This document shows positions 62,685 to 64,000 of a stretch of 64,000 bases of DNA, in pieces. The notes below the pieces were generated by a model. It did no database searches and was not told where the DNA came from. It saw nothing but the letters and a program-made list of their open reading frames with translations. The stretch comes from Candidatus Omnitrophota bacterium. Lineage in GTDB: Bacteria > Omnitrophota > Gorgyraeia > JAFGHF01. A program made the translations under genes and the position numbers. How positions within the stretch are numbered: position 1 is the first letter of the stretch; each line of letters starts with the position of its first letter. Where the stretch lies: NCBI GenBank assembly GCA_042571705.1, contig JBHPFV010000003.1, forward strand, positions 28,298 to 92,297. Direction: 5' to 3'.

Positions 62685-63600
62685 ATGTCATTCTCCTACC
62701 GTCGATAAAGACCCGCGGATTGAAAAATACAAAATCTAAATGACAAGGACAAGATATCTTGCCGCCAAAAGAGATATTGGCGCCAATAGCTAAATGCCCG
62801 GTCCTTTCTGCTTTTTCGTCTTCTAAGATATTTCCGGTTACCTTGGCCCGAGGATTAAAACCTAAGCCAATTTCGGCTATATTTAAGGCACACTTACCTA
62901 AGGGTTTAATCGCCTTAGCAATCCGCGGTATCGGCATGTTCTGAATTAGTCCGTGCTTAATGATTATTTCTTTCGGTCGTTTAAGCCTGCCTACCATAGG
63001 CGCGCTGGCGTCAACAACTAGTCGTCCATTAGTGGTCCCTTCGCAGGGTGCGATACAGGCCTCACCAGCAGGGAGATTGCCAAAAGCGCCCGGCCGTGTA
63101 TAAAGACCGCAGTCAGAGAACCCTTTTTGTCCCCGAATAGACATGGTAAGATTTGTGCCTCGATCGGTATATATCTCCATCCGCCTACCTTTGTTTAGTT
63201 GGCGGGCTGCTTTTTCTACCTTTTGCTTTAACTTTGTATAATTTAATTCAATAGACCTGTTGCAGATTTCCTCAGTGATTCCGGGGAGGCTGGCCATTCT
63301 AGTGCCATATTTTGTGCAGGCAAGTTTACGCGCTTTGGTGTGCGAAAGTGACATCGCAGTTAATAGGATGGCTATGTCGGTTACTTTTAGCGCCGCGGTC
63401 ACCTCTTTAGGCGGCTCTTGTCCATGCATTTTTAGTGGCGGTATCTTCAGCAGTAGACAATCAATCTTTTCTTTTTGCGCCGCCTGATAGAATGTTTGGG
63501 CCAATCGTTCAGTGGCATCGTCAGTAACAATCAGCAGATGCTCACCCTTTTTAAATCCGAAACATTTATGTATAACTGCACTGGCAATTTTTTTATTCAT
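62683..63600 (-). CDS. aminopeptidase-like protein (M29/aminopeptidase T-like, COG2309-type)
   Basis: 305 aa. The N-terminus (..CFGFKKGEHLLIVTDDATERLAQTFYQAA) and the later GHLAIG segment resemble that family. Assigned by eye only. Confidence 0.55.
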   Translation of the reverse strand: MNKKIASAVIHKCFGFKKGEHLLIVTDDATERLAQTFYQAAQKEKIDCLLLKIPPLKMHGQEPPKEVTAALKVTDIAILLTAMSLSHTKARKLACTKYGTRMASLPGITEEICNRSIELNYTKLKQKVEKAARQLNKGRRMEIYTDRGTNLTMSIRGQKGFSDCGLYTRPGAFGNLPAGEACIAPCEGTTNGRLVVDASAPMVGRLKRPKEIIIKHGLIQNMPIPRIAKAIKPLGKCALNIAEIGLGFNPRAKVTGNILEDEKAERTGHLAIGANISFGGKISCPCHLDFVFFNPRVFIDGRRMT

Positions 63601-63986
63601 CAGGCGTTGAAGTTAGGGTCGTTATACTGTTTTGTCTTTCTGAACACGTAATTAAGAATCCGGGTTCTTGAATTTTCATCAATTTTAGTGAATCTTAAGC
63701 CCACAAAGAAATATTCTTTTTTGGGATCAGGCTGGGCCTTGGTCTTCTTTTCACATTTTTCAAGCCAAACCGTTTCTCCTTTGGCTACAATCGGCCGAGA
63801 GTTACCCGGAAGATAAATCTCCACTTCCGCGGCAGTGCCAAGCTTTATTTCTTTGTCTACTGTAATCCGCAAGCCCGTTCCGCAAATATCAAATGCCGAT
63901 GATTTTCCTTCCAAAGACTCATCGGGCATTTTAAAATTGACCAGCACTAGGCCATTACAGCGGACGTATTCACGCCTTTCGCGCAT
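63600..63986 (-). CDS. PilZ domain protein (Cys variant)
   Basis: RREYVR (RxxxR) and DICGTG (Ser replaced by Cys). RBS AAAGGAGG. Confidence 0.75.
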   Translation of the reverse strand: MRERREYVRCNGLVLVNFKMPDESLEGKSSAFDICGTGLRITVDKEIKLGTAAEVEIYLPGNSRPIVAKGETVWLEKCEKKTKAQPDPKKEYFFVGLRFTKIDENSRTRILNYVFRKTKQYNDPNFNA

Positions 63987-64000
63987 TTCATTCCTCCTTT

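Noticed and set aside
1-64000. rRNA, tRNA, tmRNA, RNase P, prophage, defence-system (restriction, Cas, abortive infection) or toxin-antitoxin genes
   Set aside because: I looked through every intergenic gap longer than 60 bp and all ORF products. Nothing was supportable. The STAND-type NTPase is fused to a Hanks kinase and TPR repeats and sits in a metabolic cluster, which fits a regulator better than an Avs-like defence protein.

Overview
64-kb window, moderately AT-rich by eye, apparently from an uncultivated diderm bacterium (TolC, BamE-like and PEGA lipoproteins, Arn-like genes). I see about 60 protein genes. I recognised no rRNA, tRNA, CRISPR, transposase or integrase. Bases 1-8.3 kb are + strand: an MBL hydrolase, three single-domain PilZ proteins interleaved with YqeY and a BamE-like lipoprotein, and a PAS/GAF/HD-GYP c-di-GMP phosphodiesterase. 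From 8.3 to 64 kb every credible gene is on the - strand, often with overlapping stop and start codons. In map order these are: (1) a Dlt-like adenylase/ACP/MBOAT/SGNH operon with an added PLP decarboxylase and an AGAT-type amidinotransferase; (2) two cytoplasmic histidine kinases and two PilZ genes; (3) larC-larB-larE with no larA; (4) a LuxI/FeeM-like GNAT; (5) a heterodimeric ABC exporter, one subunit carrying a partly degenerate HD-GYP domain; (6) a large glycan/envelope cluster with seven GT2 genes, a GT28-like remnant, a methyltransferase, radical SAM/SPASM, a YdjC deacetylase and a GT-C transferase; (7) MacAB-TolC; (8) a secreted DUF362 protein, permease, M20D amidohydrolase, CapK/PaaK-like ligase and heparinase II/III-like protein; (9) LuxC/LuxE-like genes with a radical SAM enzyme; (10) a 1252-aa Ser/Thr kinase-AAA-TPR protein preceded by a tandem RHH-like protein; (11) a lexA-orf93-dinB operon; and (12) small envelope genes, an aminopeptidase and a sixth PilZ. 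The most unusual feature is non-coding. About 1 kb directly downstream of the HD-GYP gene (5279-6295) contains the tetranucleotide GTAA roughly 55 times at strictly alternating 10/19 bp, then 10/18 bp, spacing, and ends at + strand terminator-like hairpins. Other points worth a second look are the expanded Dlt-like operon, the ABC-HD-GYP fusion, a GT2/rSAM/YdjC/GT-C module, long G/C homopolymers in the glycan cluster, a promoter-embedded palindrome at a probably leaderless lexA, a terminator-containing leader before the RHH-kinase operon, and a candidate antisense small RNA. All functional calls rest on motif recognition by eye; no database search was run.
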